IMG/VR virus record: IMGVR_UViG_3300020403_000005
Coordinates: 1-64,000 of that record
DNA: 64,000 nt
DNA from: a virus
Strand: one strand, 5' to 3'
Made by a program: the position numbers and the translations under genes. This document shows, piece after piece, positions 54,747 to 64,000 of the stretch (position 1 is its first letter; each line of letters starts with the position of its first letter). Under the pieces are notes generated by a model. The model saw only the letters and a program-made list of their open reading frames with translations. It searched no databases and had not been told where the DNA came from.

Positions 54747-57433
54747 TATACTACCACTCCTGTTATAGTTTTAGTTAAGTTTAAGCTTCCGGAGCCGCTC
54801 AAGTGCAAAGTAGCATTCGCGCTGTTAAGCTGCAAAACTTCGCCAGTTACCAAAGGTAAGCCGCTCTTTTGGACGAAAACCGAGTGGCTACCAGAGGCTC
54901 CAGTTCCATACAAATAAGTAACTGCGTCAACGTCGCAACCGATCATTCCACTGATTTTTTCTGTTAAGTTGGTTTTAGTTGACGATGGATTTAAATTTAC
55001 ACCCGCGTCCTGCCATAAATTTTGTCCGCTGTTATAAAGATTAGTTAATTTAGTTACGCAGCCAGTGTGAGTAACAGAATTTGCATTAAATTGATTACTG
55101 ATTCCCAAGGCCAAACCGATGCTATGAGCAGAAACCATATCGACACTAAACCCAGTTGCTCTGATGTAAGAGGCCGACGAATCATCATAATACGTTCCAG
55201 ATGTTTCATTTCTCCATTTTTCTGCTGTAGAAAGAAATATATTGCTACCGCTAGAACCACTCGTGCCAAAGTTGTTGCCAGAGACAGGAAGATTAACGTG
55301 ACTAATGTTTATTCCAGTAGACGCGCCTATTCTTATGTCTCCTATATTATTTGTTCCTACCGCATAAGTAGAACCAACAGAAGTACCAGTTGTTGACTCT
55401 AAACCTAAATTTATAAAGTTTAAAGTCAACCCAGTATAAGCAAATTCGAAAGCCCCCTTCCACATATCAAAAGAAGAGCCAAACATACCCGTCATGTCAG
55501 CAAAAGACAGTGCTGGATACTGAGCTAAATAATCACCAACCTGTCTAATTTCGCCGCCTACTACCGAATCTCCAGAAGTGCCGCTTTGTATATAGCTATA
55601 TTTAATATCGACACTAGCTGGACTTCCTTGTAAAACTTGACCAGTAACAGCTTCTTTAATTTTATTAATTACTGGCATATTTTTCATTGTGTAGCTTTTA
55701 GAAATACTAGGTGGATTTTCGTAAAGCCTACCGTAAGTAGTATTTTTTGTATGAGAGCCAGTTAAATAATTATTTATTATCTTTAGATCAACGCCAGATA
55801 TATAACGATCAAAGATTGCGGTTGGTTTTACGTATCTTAATTTTAATTTTATATTAGACTCAGAAGTTGTTGAAGAATTAAAATAAGAACCAGTTACAAC
55901 CCTGTCTCCTTGCGGGTGATTTACTTCGTTGGATTCTCCGGTGGTTACCCCGCTCCAAAAGCCTTGAGTATTAAAATTATAAAAACCACCAGTAAACGCG
56001 CCAGTTGAAACATCCCACATACCAGTAACGACCCTAGAAACTTTATCACCAGTAGCCGTCAAAGGAACCGCTCTAGCTGATTTAATGCTATTGTCGAATA
56101 GGTATAAAATATTGTCGTAATTTCCAGAAGTATAAAGATAACTACTTGGAGAAGATTCTAAAGTATTGTCGAATTCGTGACTACCAACTGCTTGAGAATA
56201 ACCAGAAGATAATTTACTCGGCCTAACATTTAAAGAGTCAACATAAGCACCAAATATATATGGATAGCTAGAATATTCACCACCACTAAAACCGATGTTA
56301 ATTTTTGTGGGGTCCATATACTCCCCGCTGCTTGTCAAGTTAACCCCAACTATAGTTTTAAATGTAACCGTATCGTAAACCGGAGAATCTGGCGCACCAC
56401 TGTACCACAGCCTCGCGGTCATAAAGTCTTTCATTACGGCTGTTCCAGACGCCTGAGAATCATTAGAGTTGTCAGAAGTAAACGTAACCGTCGGCGTTCC
56501 CGTGAATAAAAGATTGGCCGCGTTAGCCATTTGAACGCCAGTTACTTTGTGTCCATTATAAAAGATTCCAGTTGTACCAGACGAGTGCTTTAATGAAACT
56601 GTAATTGGCTTTGATGTAATTTCAGAATAATTTTTATACAAATCATACTCTAAAGTATAATTTTGAGAATTGTAGTTTTGTGTACCAGAGCTAACTGATA
56701 TTTTATACCCAGAAAGAGCACCGCCAGTTAAACTATCATCTGCGTTAACCAAATCAAAAGAAGAGCCTTCTGTCGGGTCTTGCAGGGACGCTACTGATGT
56801 AAAATCTTTTGATATCGTTCCAAAGTTTGTATACAAGTCAACTTCGAAAGTATAATCTTTGTTTAAAACTGTTTCGCCTGTAGATTGTATTTTGATTGGC
56901 AAACTTCCAGTTCTACTGGTTTCTAATCCAGTTATAATAAAATGTTTAGGGGAATTTACCTTACCAGAAAAAACTTGAAAATTATAATTTGAGTCTACGC
57001 TAGAGAGGGTTCCACTCAACGCCCCCGTATGAGTAAAAGTAGACGGGTAAGCCAAAGAGTATTCGTATTTGTCGGTATTTACTTTGATGTCAGATGTTAT
57101 GCTACACCCAGAAGAGTCTAAATAAAAACCTTGAATTTTTGTTGGTGTTTTTGTTCCTGCATAAGATACTGGGTAGCCATTAAATGAGTATTGATATTTA
57201 GACCCAGATATAGCTCCATTTATAGTAAAATTTTCTCCGCTGGAATAAGATGAAAAATATACATTATTAGGGTCATATATTTTCCCACCATAAAAAGAAA
57301 ACCCGCACTTGGTTCCTTCTCCAGAAAACCCAAATACACCAGAGCCACTAGCGTTACTTATGGAACCATTAAAAGAAAAAGTAATTCCACTTCTGTCCAC
57401 TAAAGACCTAAATTTTGCTCCAGAAAAATTCAT
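54746..57433 (-). CDS. Probable structural protein with C-terminal matrixin-like (degenerate metalloprotease) segment
   Basis: SG/TG-rich; GDIRIG...VSAHSIGLALGI resembles HExGHxLG with the Glu and second His lost. Confidence 0.45.
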   Translation of the reverse strand: MNFSGAKFRSLVDRSGITFSFNGSISNASGSGVFGFSGEGTKCGFSFYGGKIYDPNNVYFSSYSSGENFTINGAISGSKYQYSFNGYPVSYAGTKTPTKIQGFYLDSSGCSITSDIKVNTDKYEYSLAYPSTFTHTGALSGTLSSVDSNYNFQVFSGKVNSPKHFIITGLETSRTGSLPIKIQSTGETVLNKDYTFEVDLYTNFGTISKDFTSVASLQDPTEGSSFDLVNADDSLTGGALSGYKISVSSGTQNYNSQNYTLEYDLYKNYSEITSKPITVSLKHSSGTTGIFYNGHKVTGVQMANAANLLFTGTPTVTFTSDNSNDSQASGTAVMKDFMTARLWYSGAPDSPVYDTVTFKTIVGVNLTSSGEYMDPTKINIGFSGGEYSSYPYIFGAYVDSLNVRPSKLSSGYSQAVGSHEFDNTLESSPSSYLYTSGNYDNILYLFDNSIKSARAVPLTATGDKVSRVVTGMWDVSTGAFTGGFYNFNTQGFWSGVTTGESNEVNHPQGDRVVTGSYFNSSTTSESNIKLKLRYVKPTAIFDRYISGVDLKIINNYLTGSHTKNTTYGRLYENPPSISKSYTMKNMPVINKIKEAVTGQVLQGSPASVDIKYSYIQSGTSGDSVVGGEIRQVGDYLAQYPALSFADMTGMFGSSFDMWKGAFEFAYTGLTLNFINLGLESTTGTSVGSTYAVGTNNIGDIRIGASTGINISHVNLPVSGNNFGTSGSSGSNIFLSTAEKWRNETSGTYYDDSSASYIRATGFSVDMVSAHSIGLALGISNQFNANSVTHTGCVTKLTNLYNSGQNLWQDAGVNLNPSSTKTNLTEKISGMIGCDVDAVTYLYGTGASGSHSVFVQKSGLPLVTGEVLQLNSANATLHLSGSGSLNLTKTITGVVV

Positions 57434-57435
57434 AG

Positions 57436-60297
57436 TTAGAAAACTCTTTGAATTCCTATGCTTTGTATTGCTAGTTCTTCTTTCGTTACTGTCGGTGGTT
57501 TATTACTGTAGTTAAAGGTTATTCTGGTTCCAGAGTCACCAACGCTAACTGAGGCTCCCTGAAAACCATGCTTTACGTCGGTATAAGGACTTAAAACTGA
57601 AAGATTTAAGCCAGCCATAGTAAAGCTGAGTGTCTCCTTGGGCATAAAATTACTGTAGTTTAATTGTTCTGATACGGCATGAAAATCATATATGGAAACA
57701 GGAGAAAAAATACCGTTTATGATTATTTTGGGAGACACCTCGCCCGACTCAGAACCAGCGGCGACAGCTTGTAAACTTCTCTCTTTATTTCCTTGCGTTT
57801 GATCAAAGTCGCTGCTTATATCATTAACTCTTATTCTATACTCCATCGTATTACCAGCATTGCCAACAACGCCTACGTGCCTAATGATGCCGTTTTGCTG
57901 ATGAGTGCTTTCTGTACTCACTGATACATAAGCTGAATAAGGATACTCAGAAGGTAAGATAAATGAAAACGCTGGACTCCACCCTTGCCCTTGTTTTACT
58001 CTTAGTCTAAACCAGCGAGCACTAGAATTTGAAAGTCCTACGTTGTCAGGACTATATACATCACCAGCGGGACATTCACACAATTCATCAATTAAGTCGT
58101 AGTCGCAAAGCATTTTGCATTCTTTGTCCGCGTCCGTCTCTTCTTCCTTCGTTAGAACTTCATATTTATTTATTTTATTGTGCTCAAATGTCGGGTAATT
58201 GGGGTTAAGCCCCCTCATGAATGGATTGCCTCCATTTTTAACCCAAGTGTGTCCGCTGATGCCGTGCATAACACCAACGTCAAGCCTACTCCTAACCGTC
58301 TTTATATCAGGAAAGAATATCAACGATGGTCTTTTATTTTCGTCTTGTAATTGCTCTAATTCAGGATAAATGTTTGGGAACACATCTCTCAACATAGAGT
58401 CTAAAAATAATTTCGCAGAACCCTCAAGTGGACTGTGAGAAGGTAAAAAATCTTTTAAAAGCTCTTCTCCATCCTCAAAAAATAGGCTATCAAGCTCTTC
58501 GTCCTTGAATCCATATGAAGTTCCAGTTCTTCTGTACAAAAAGAATTCATTTTTAGTTAGAACAGAACTCAAACCTACCGCACCTTCTGGATGCCTCATT
58601 AAATCTTTAAAAGGCAATTCATTTAAATTATTTCTTTGAAAGGTTTCTGTGTTTGGTTTGGTTGTCCATTCTTGTATTACGTTAGATAAACCTTCTACGC
58701 AGTCGAATCTATCTGCGAAAGGCTTCTGGAAAAAATAATATTGACCTATAAAGTCAGCTACCTGTCTTTCCCAATCCATCCATTTATTTTCTAAGTCTTT
58801 ACTGTAAGTTCCTAAAAATACTCCAGAGTCTTTTCCGTATTTAGCTTGCTCTTTTTGTTGGCTTTGAGTAGAGAATGTTAAAGTCAACAAGTCAAATTTT
58901 TGTTGATCTGTAAGTTTCGCTCTCAGGGATATGCCGAGCGGCTTTCCATATTGCGAAAGTGCGCTCATGTCTGTAAAGTTATTGGTTCTTTCAGCTATCA
59001 GATAGTAGTTATATAATGTTCTAGCTGTCGGATTGTATTTAGCCAAAATCGCTGATTGAATTAATTCATTCTCTGTTCTCCCGCCGGTTATTCTAGCGAA
59101 CACATTACTTGGAAATATATGAGATAAAGTCAAAGGTTCGAATAGAACTCTTTTATCTATCTTTCTGTTTCTGCTGGAACTTTTGGGGGCTTTTTTGTAA
59201 ACCGTTATGTTGTCTTGAGCATATGTGCCGTCTAAAGAAACCGAACTTTTAATATCTGTTATAGCTACGGGGTTATTTACGGTAGTATTTTCTTTTATAC
59301 CGTCCACTCTCTTTCTGATGTCGCCAATAAGATTAGTTTGATCTAGGGCTTTTAAGTCGTACGCCCCGATTGAACCATTTGTATTATCGTAAAACCAAGA
59401 GAACCCAAGCAGGTCGCACCACTGATTTAACACCGATCTTAGAGTTCCTCCAGAAAAATTTCTCCTTATAGCCTGAATCGCGGGGCTACCCAGCAGTCCA
59501 TAACCCCTGTCAGATATATCAAAAACAGGAACTCCGATCCCAACCGCACTATCTGATATTATACTCAGCAACTCCGAAAAAGAATAATCGACCTTGGCTA
59601 TTTCACACGAGTTACTTGTAAATTGTTCTTCTCCTATTATTATCGCTCCCCCCGCTCTACCGAAAACATTATTTGTATTAGCTGACCAAGAATTGTAATA
59701 CCATTTCACTTGCGCGGGATTTCCATTGGGATCAACTCTTTTATACCCAAAGGGTTGGCCAAGAGATTTAGGATGACTTGGGGGCCAAGGATTTCTTGCT
59801 CCTTCTCCAAATGGTGGTGCCTGTGTATCTTCGCAATAGTTATTACATTCTACTGGAATATAAACTAAATGATTTTTAATTCTCCATGAATCAGCATTTT
59901 TAAATGGATTTGGTCCGTAGTTATATGGCGTAGCTTGATCGTTAAACAAAAGAACATGTGTTTTATCTAAAATTATTGATCCATCTACAAATTTTAAATT
60001 TAAGATTCTGCCAGACGTAGTATCAGTCCAATTATATTCAGTTAAAAATATAGAGTCATAATAAAGAGAGTCACTAATATTGGTATTGTTGCCAATTATT
60101 AAAGTATAAGGAAAAATAGTAGAAAGATTTTCTGGGTATATTTCATACTCGCCCGTTTCATTCATTACGCTGATTTCAAATGAAGTTGGCTGTCTAGAAC
60201 CGCCCTCATTTATACTAACGTTGTATATATAACCGCCAAAAGCCTGACCAGCAGGGAATCCACTTAAATGTACTATTTCTGCGTTTCTTTTTGCCAT
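57436..60297 (-). CDS. Probable tail/baseplate hub protein
   Basis: 953 aa in the structural operon; GTLRSVLNQWCDLLGFSWFYD resembles hub/tail-tip domains. Confidence 0.45.
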   Translation of the reverse strand: MAKRNAEIVHLSGFPAGQAFGGYIYNVSINEGGSRQPTSFEISVMNETGEYEIYPENLSTIFPYTLIIGNNTNISDSLYYDSIFLTEYNWTDTTSGRILNLKFVDGSIILDKTHVLLFNDQATPYNYGPNPFKNADSWRIKNHLVYIPVECNNYCEDTQAPPFGEGARNPWPPSHPKSLGQPFGYKRVDPNGNPAQVKWYYNSWSANTNNVFGRAGGAIIIGEEQFTSNSCEIAKVDYSFSELLSIISDSAVGIGVPVFDISDRGYGLLGSPAIQAIRRNFSGGTLRSVLNQWCDLLGFSWFYDNTNGSIGAYDLKALDQTNLIGDIRKRVDGIKENTTVNNPVAITDIKSSVSLDGTYAQDNITVYKKAPKSSSRNRKIDKRVLFEPLTLSHIFPSNVFARITGGRTENELIQSAILAKYNPTARTLYNYYLIAERTNNFTDMSALSQYGKPLGISLRAKLTDQQKFDLLTLTFSTQSQQKEQAKYGKDSGVFLGTYSKDLENKWMDWERQVADFIGQYYFFQKPFADRFDCVEGLSNVIQEWTTKPNTETFQRNNLNELPFKDLMRHPEGAVGLSSVLTKNEFFLYRRTGTSYGFKDEELDSLFFEDGEELLKDFLPSHSPLEGSAKLFLDSMLRDVFPNIYPELEQLQDENKRPSLIFFPDIKTVRSRLDVGVMHGISGHTWVKNGGNPFMRGLNPNYPTFEHNKINKYEVLTKEEETDADKECKMLCDYDLIDELCECPAGDVYSPDNVGLSNSSARWFRLRVKQGQGWSPAFSFILPSEYPYSAYVSVSTESTHQQNGIIRHVGVVGNAGNTMEYRIRVNDISSDFDQTQGNKERSLQAVAAGSESGEVSPKIIINGIFSPVSIYDFHAVSEQLNYSNFMPKETLSFTMAGLNLSVLSPYTDVKHGFQGASVSVGDSGTRITFNYSNKPPTVTKEELAIQSIGIQRVF

Positions 60298-62073
60298 TTA
60301 AAATCCTTGCTCCTCTCCATTATATACGCTAAAACTATCAACAAATCTAATTTTATTGTCATTAGCAAGCAAGCTGTTGTCTGATACTAATTTATAATTT
60401 TTATTAATTATAATCCTCTGTCCGTTGTACCATACTTGAGGAGACAAGAAGCCAGATGGGTTAGAAATTAAAGAATTATTCAATTCTACAAAACGGTGAT
60501 CATGCTTAATGAATGGAACCAAGGCTATTTCTCCAGTGGGCAAACCATGCAATTTACTTCTGTCTATATTTACAGAGTCATGTGCGCCTTCATACCATAT
60601 GTGATCCGTGCCAGAAAGCATTTTTAATCCATTGATATATAAATCTTTATGTTCCCAAGCTATTATTTGCTTAGAGTAGATTGTATTTCCAGATTCGTAT
60701 CCAGTGAAATTCGCGGTTCCAGTCACCTTGTCATATATATTAGAATGATATATTCCACTATCCTGTATGCCCCCTGTGGGAACGATTTCATTAGTGCCAG
60801 TTTTATAGAAGTCATGTGATGCGCCCGATCTTTGGTAAAGTCCGTTTAAATAAAAGTTTATATTCGACCCAGTATATCCAGTACCCAAGTTGTATTTCCC
60901 AGTTGAAGAGAATACGGGTTCCGCTTGAATGCCAACGTCAGGGTTAATACCCGTAAATGACCTAACTTCAACATTGTCAATTAAGTCCGAAACATCATAA
61001 AATAATGTAATATTTTTTCTTTTGTATTTTTCCAATAATGAATTATCAATATTTATTGATGGTTTTGCAAAAACTGTTCTAGTGCCAGTTAACAAACCAG
61101 TGCTGTAGCTGTATGTTATGGTTGTTCCGGTTTTGTCGCCAGATACGCCAGAGTTAACGTAGATCGGAATATCCGCCCCACACCTCGACGCAATGACTCC
61201 AGACTGAACTTGTCTATATCCAGTTATTCCTTGACCAGTTACCCCGCTAGTCAAAGTTGGTAATCCTGTAACCCCAGAGAAAGTAAACTGCTCTGTCGTA
61301 AGACCTCCGGTTGTATATCCAGAGGCTATCATTAAGTTGGCTAAATTTTTCGTTGTTCCGCTTGCGATAGCATTTTTAAATATAATTAAATCGTCATAAT
61401 ACCCGCTGAAGCCTGTATAACCATTACTAGCACTATAAAAATCTCCCACGTACAAATCGTTTGATAGGATAGTATCGGTGCTGGTAGACGTGATAGAGTC
61501 GGCGGTTGAAAAGGTTTCTCTTTTTTCGTTTTTGTATAGCTCATCATAAAAAGACATGGTTACGCTGTTTGATGCCTTTGAGCGAACTACTGATATAATA
61601 TTTTTTTCTCCCAACTCGCAATCTAAAGTAAATGTTTTTCTTTGGGAGTCTTTATTGTAGTATTCAAAATATAATTTATGAGCACCATTCAGCCCTACGT
61701 TAAAGCCGCTTGCACTAGTGCCAGACTTCATACTAGAAAATAAAGTTCTACCTAGATTCCTATTAGACGCAAAATCGGTGGTATAATAATTTAACAGTAT
61801 TGTCCAATCTTCATTTTTAAATTCTGTTCCGACTTTAGCTATAGTATTTCCGTCGAAATACCCAGAGCCAGACACGGTATTTACATTGTCACTGTCGCAC
61901 AAAGAAATAAGCGGGTAACTTTCTGACGCTTTCTTTGAGTCTTGAGACGAGTAAGTATTTTTGTCGTTAAAGGTGTACTGTCCAGAATAAGAGTCAAAGC
62001 TATAGAAACCCACCAAATCATCAAGATTTAGAGAATTAGTATTTAAATAATCTATTAGTAAATTTCTATTCAT
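60298..62073 (-). CDS. Probable virion protein with LamG/concanavalin-like domain
   Basis: LVGFYSFD, GYFDG, LYVGD..FSGYYDDLIIFKNA; YLNGLYQ / YINGLK / WYNGQR repeats. Confidence 0.55.
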   Translation of the reverse strand: MNRNLLIDYLNTNSLNLDDLVGFYSFDSYSGQYTFNDKNTYSSQDSKKASESYPLISLCDSDNVNTVSGSGYFDGNTIAKVGTEFKNEDWTILLNYYTTDFASNRNLGRTLFSSMKSGTSASGFNVGLNGAHKLYFEYYNKDSQRKTFTLDCELGEKNIISVVRSKASNSVTMSFYDELYKNEKRETFSTADSITSTSTDTILSNDLYVGDFYSASNGYTGFSGYYDDLIIFKNAIASGTTKNLANLMIASGYTTGGLTTEQFTFSGVTGLPTLTSGVTGQGITGYRQVQSGVIASRCGADIPIYVNSGVSGDKTGTTITYSYSTGLLTGTRTVFAKPSINIDNSLLEKYKRKNITLFYDVSDLIDNVEVRSFTGINPDVGIQAEPVFSSTGKYNLGTGYTGSNINFYLNGLYQRSGASHDFYKTGTNEIVPTGGIQDSGIYHSNIYDKVTGTANFTGYESGNTIYSKQIIAWEHKDLYINGLKMLSGTDHIWYEGAHDSVNIDRSKLHGLPTGEIALVPFIKHDHRFVELNNSLISNPSGFLSPQVWYNGQRIIINKNYKLVSDNSLLANDNKIRFVDSFSVYNGEEQGF

Positions 62074-63776
62074 TAGCTTACTTTTATGTACCCATACGCT
62101 TGATTATACGTCATATTATGTATGTTTTGCGAATAACTTTGCTTTGCTGATATTATTCTATTCTGCATTGTGTAATCTACGTTTTCTGACATTAGTATGG
62201 TATCAGAAGTCCCAACGCCTAACCATGTATTACCCAAGTTAAACATCATCTTGTTAACCAATCTCTCTCCAAGAGAAGTCGGGGCAGATAAGGGGTCAGT
62301 TGTGACCTCACTTATTCTGCTGCTTCCGCCGTATACTCCATTTGGACCCGCGTGATTAATGTTGATAGTTGTAGAGAAGTCAACGGTCTCTCTATTTTTT
62401 GCGTTTAAATCTGTAATTATGTAATAACCATTTTGATTAACTGCCGCCGCTTCTCTGTATTGATTTATGCTAGGTTTAACGCTGACCGTGTATTCTACAT
62501 TCGAGGTATAGTTTCCGTTTGGTTCAGTATTGTTCAAAAAGTCTTTATTTGTAAATGTAGCACTAACAGTTATTTCTCCCGCATTTGGGTTTCTGTTTAT
62601 AGAAAGGTTGTCCATTGCTATTCTTAAAGGAAAAGTAATATTGTCGTAAAACTTAGAGTATATTGTGTTTGCTAAGTTGTATAGATAATCACTACCCTCT
62701 ATCGTACTCTCTACAAAAGATTCAGCGTCAGCGAGTCTTTGCTTTCTATTTCCTCTGCCCTTTATAGTTCCATTTAAACTAACTGTTGTTAATCCCATTA
62801 TCTCGTCGGTACTCATTTCAACAGTATGGTCAAAATAACAAGTGCTAGAAGCGAAAAGCGGATTATTATCGTAACTAGCTTTTACCGTAACAGTGTTATT
62901 GTTTAAATTTTGATCGAAGTTAAAATTTAAAGGTTTAGATAATAAGTCAGTTATCTTGGATAAAGACTCAGCCTTTGCGTGTAGGTCTAAAGTTTTAGAG
63001 TGGGCCAAGACTTCATCAGTTGTAAAATACTTTCCGCCTTTTACTGTTGCCGTTATATCGACTTTGTCAAAATCTGCTGATTTATTTTTCTGAAGAGACG
63101 AAGAATAAGTAACTATCGGCGTATAGCTCGAAGCTCCATCTTGAAATGTGTAGTTTTCAGATATGGAGTAAGTTGAATTGATTCTGTCAATATTTTCGGA
63201 AGTATTGGTTAGTATTGGGTATGCGGTGGCTCCCCCGTTAACAAACTTTGGAGTTATCTTATTGTTCCATCCGCTTAAACTCAGAACATAATTTTTAGCA
63301 TTGTCAAATGGATTTGAGCCATCATATGATACACCTTTTGCGGAGACTTCGTGGGTAAGTGTACTCGTACCATCATCGTTCATGTTGAACGAAAAGTTTT
63401 CGGCGGGGTCAACAACTCCGAGAGTTCCAGAGAAGTTATCATAATTTGATAAATTTATCGAATAGTCAACCAAGGTTATTAATTTGCTTTCGTTGAATTG
63501 TATAGAGTCAACCTTACATCCAGAAAAAGAAGCTACGGTGACACCATCTTCTACAACTTCTAAAGTTTTAAATCCATTGTTGAATCCATTTGCTATACTT
63601 TGAGAAGCGGTTAAACAAGAGCTAAACGTACTTCCTGTAATTTGTCCATTTAAAGTTATGCTATTTCTTTGAGCCTTTCTACCGCCATGAATAATCATGT
63701 CAGTAGACAACGTTACAAAAGGAGTCGGCTGACTGCCGAATACGTCTACGTTGTTGTATTTTACCTCTGTGCTCAT
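62073..63776 (-). CDS. Probable structural (tail) protein
   Basis: PTPFV...ITLNGQI; beta-rich repeats; coupled stop/start in the structural operon. Confidence 0.5.
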   Translation of the reverse strand: MSTEVKYNNVDVFGSQPTPFVTLSTDMIIHGGRKAQRNSITLNGQITGSTFSSCLTASQSIANGFNNGFKTLEVVEDGVTVASFSGCKVDSIQFNESKLITLVDYSINLSNYDNFSGTLGVVDPAENFSFNMNDDGTSTLTHEVSAKGVSYDGSNPFDNAKNYVLSLSGWNNKITPKFVNGGATAYPILTNTSENIDRINSTYSISENYTFQDGASSYTPIVTYSSSLQKNKSADFDKVDITATVKGGKYFTTDEVLAHSKTLDLHAKAESLSKITDLLSKPLNFNFDQNLNNNTVTVKASYDNNPLFASSTCYFDHTVEMSTDEIMGLTTVSLNGTIKGRGNRKQRLADAESFVESTIEGSDYLYNLANTIYSKFYDNITFPLRIAMDNLSINRNPNAGEITVSATFTNKDFLNNTEPNGNYTSNVEYTVSVKPSINQYREAAAVNQNGYYIITDLNAKNRETVDFSTTININHAGPNGVYGGSSRISEVTTDPLSAPTSLGERLVNKMMFNLGNTWLGVGTSDTILMSENVDYTMQNRIISAKQSYSQNIHNMTYNQAYGYIKVS

Positions 63777-63777
63777 T

Positions 63778-64000
63778 TTAAATTACTTCGATTAAATCAT
63801 TGGCTTTTAGTTTTACATGTTTTGCAGAATAGCTATCATAGCCCTCGGCTACGAACCCTACTTCAAGATTCAAGTCTATTTTTCCTTGCGAAGAAAAAGT
63901 ATAATTTAAATCTCGCACGAACATCTCTCTAATCCTCACGTTGGATAAATCGACAGGGATCAATCGCATTTGATCAAAAGCTATTGTAATCATATAATTT
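63778..64000 (-). CDS. C-terminal part of a probable structural protein (likely continues beyond the window)
   Basis: Frame stays open to the window end upstream of Met 63993. Confidence 0.45.
   Translation of the reverse strand, partial: NYMITIAFDQMRLIPVDLSNVRIREMFVRDLNYTFSSQGKIDLNLEVGFVAEGYDSYSAKHVKLKANDLIEVI

Noticed and set aside
47066-63932. Numerous short plus-strand ORFs inside the structural genes (and similar antisense ORFs elsewhere, e.g. 3364, 8013, 17003, 23620, 41796)
   Set aside because: They lie antisense or out of frame within long well-supported CDSs and show no recognisable motifs
1-64000. Stop-codon reassignment
   Set aside because: Conserved genes are full length in the standard code, and TAA, TAG and TGA all terminate genes

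Overview
The window looks like part of a large dsDNA bacteriophage genome (standard genetic code, dense gene packing). A PVC-superphylum host, possibly Verrucomicrobiota, is inferred from the bS21 sequence type, a Chlamydia-like class Ic NrdB and a sigma54-type promoter; this is not proven. It has three blocks. (1) 1-21.7 kb, mostly minus strand, carries accessory and host-takeover genes: bS21, a LysDH/ALDH/VOC metabolic operon, HAD-AdoMetDC fusion, ClpP, sulfotransferase, glycosyltransferases, tmRNA, ECF sigma, serine protease, PMM, tRNA-Thr, HNH, signal peptidase I, Hsp20 and dCMP deaminase. (2) 21.7-46.6 kb, plus strand, carries nucleotide-metabolism and replication genes: dNMP kinase, sigma factor, NrdAB, Gmd, RecA, DnaB, primase, split DnaE, DEDDh exonuclease, SSB-like and SSAP-like proteins. 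(3) 46.6-64 kb, minus strand, carries large probable virion/tail proteins. The most striking unexplained element is a 165-nt structured RNA present twice (9491-9655 minus, directly 5' of the tmRNA; 33882-34046 plus, with its own promoter). Each copy has two exact 67-nt double-pseudoknot units plus a terminal H-type pseudoknot, with compensatory base changes across the four units. A second, about 370-nt, promoter-driven structured non-coding region lies at 22186-22553. Protein-family calls come from motif recognition by eye; no database searches were run.
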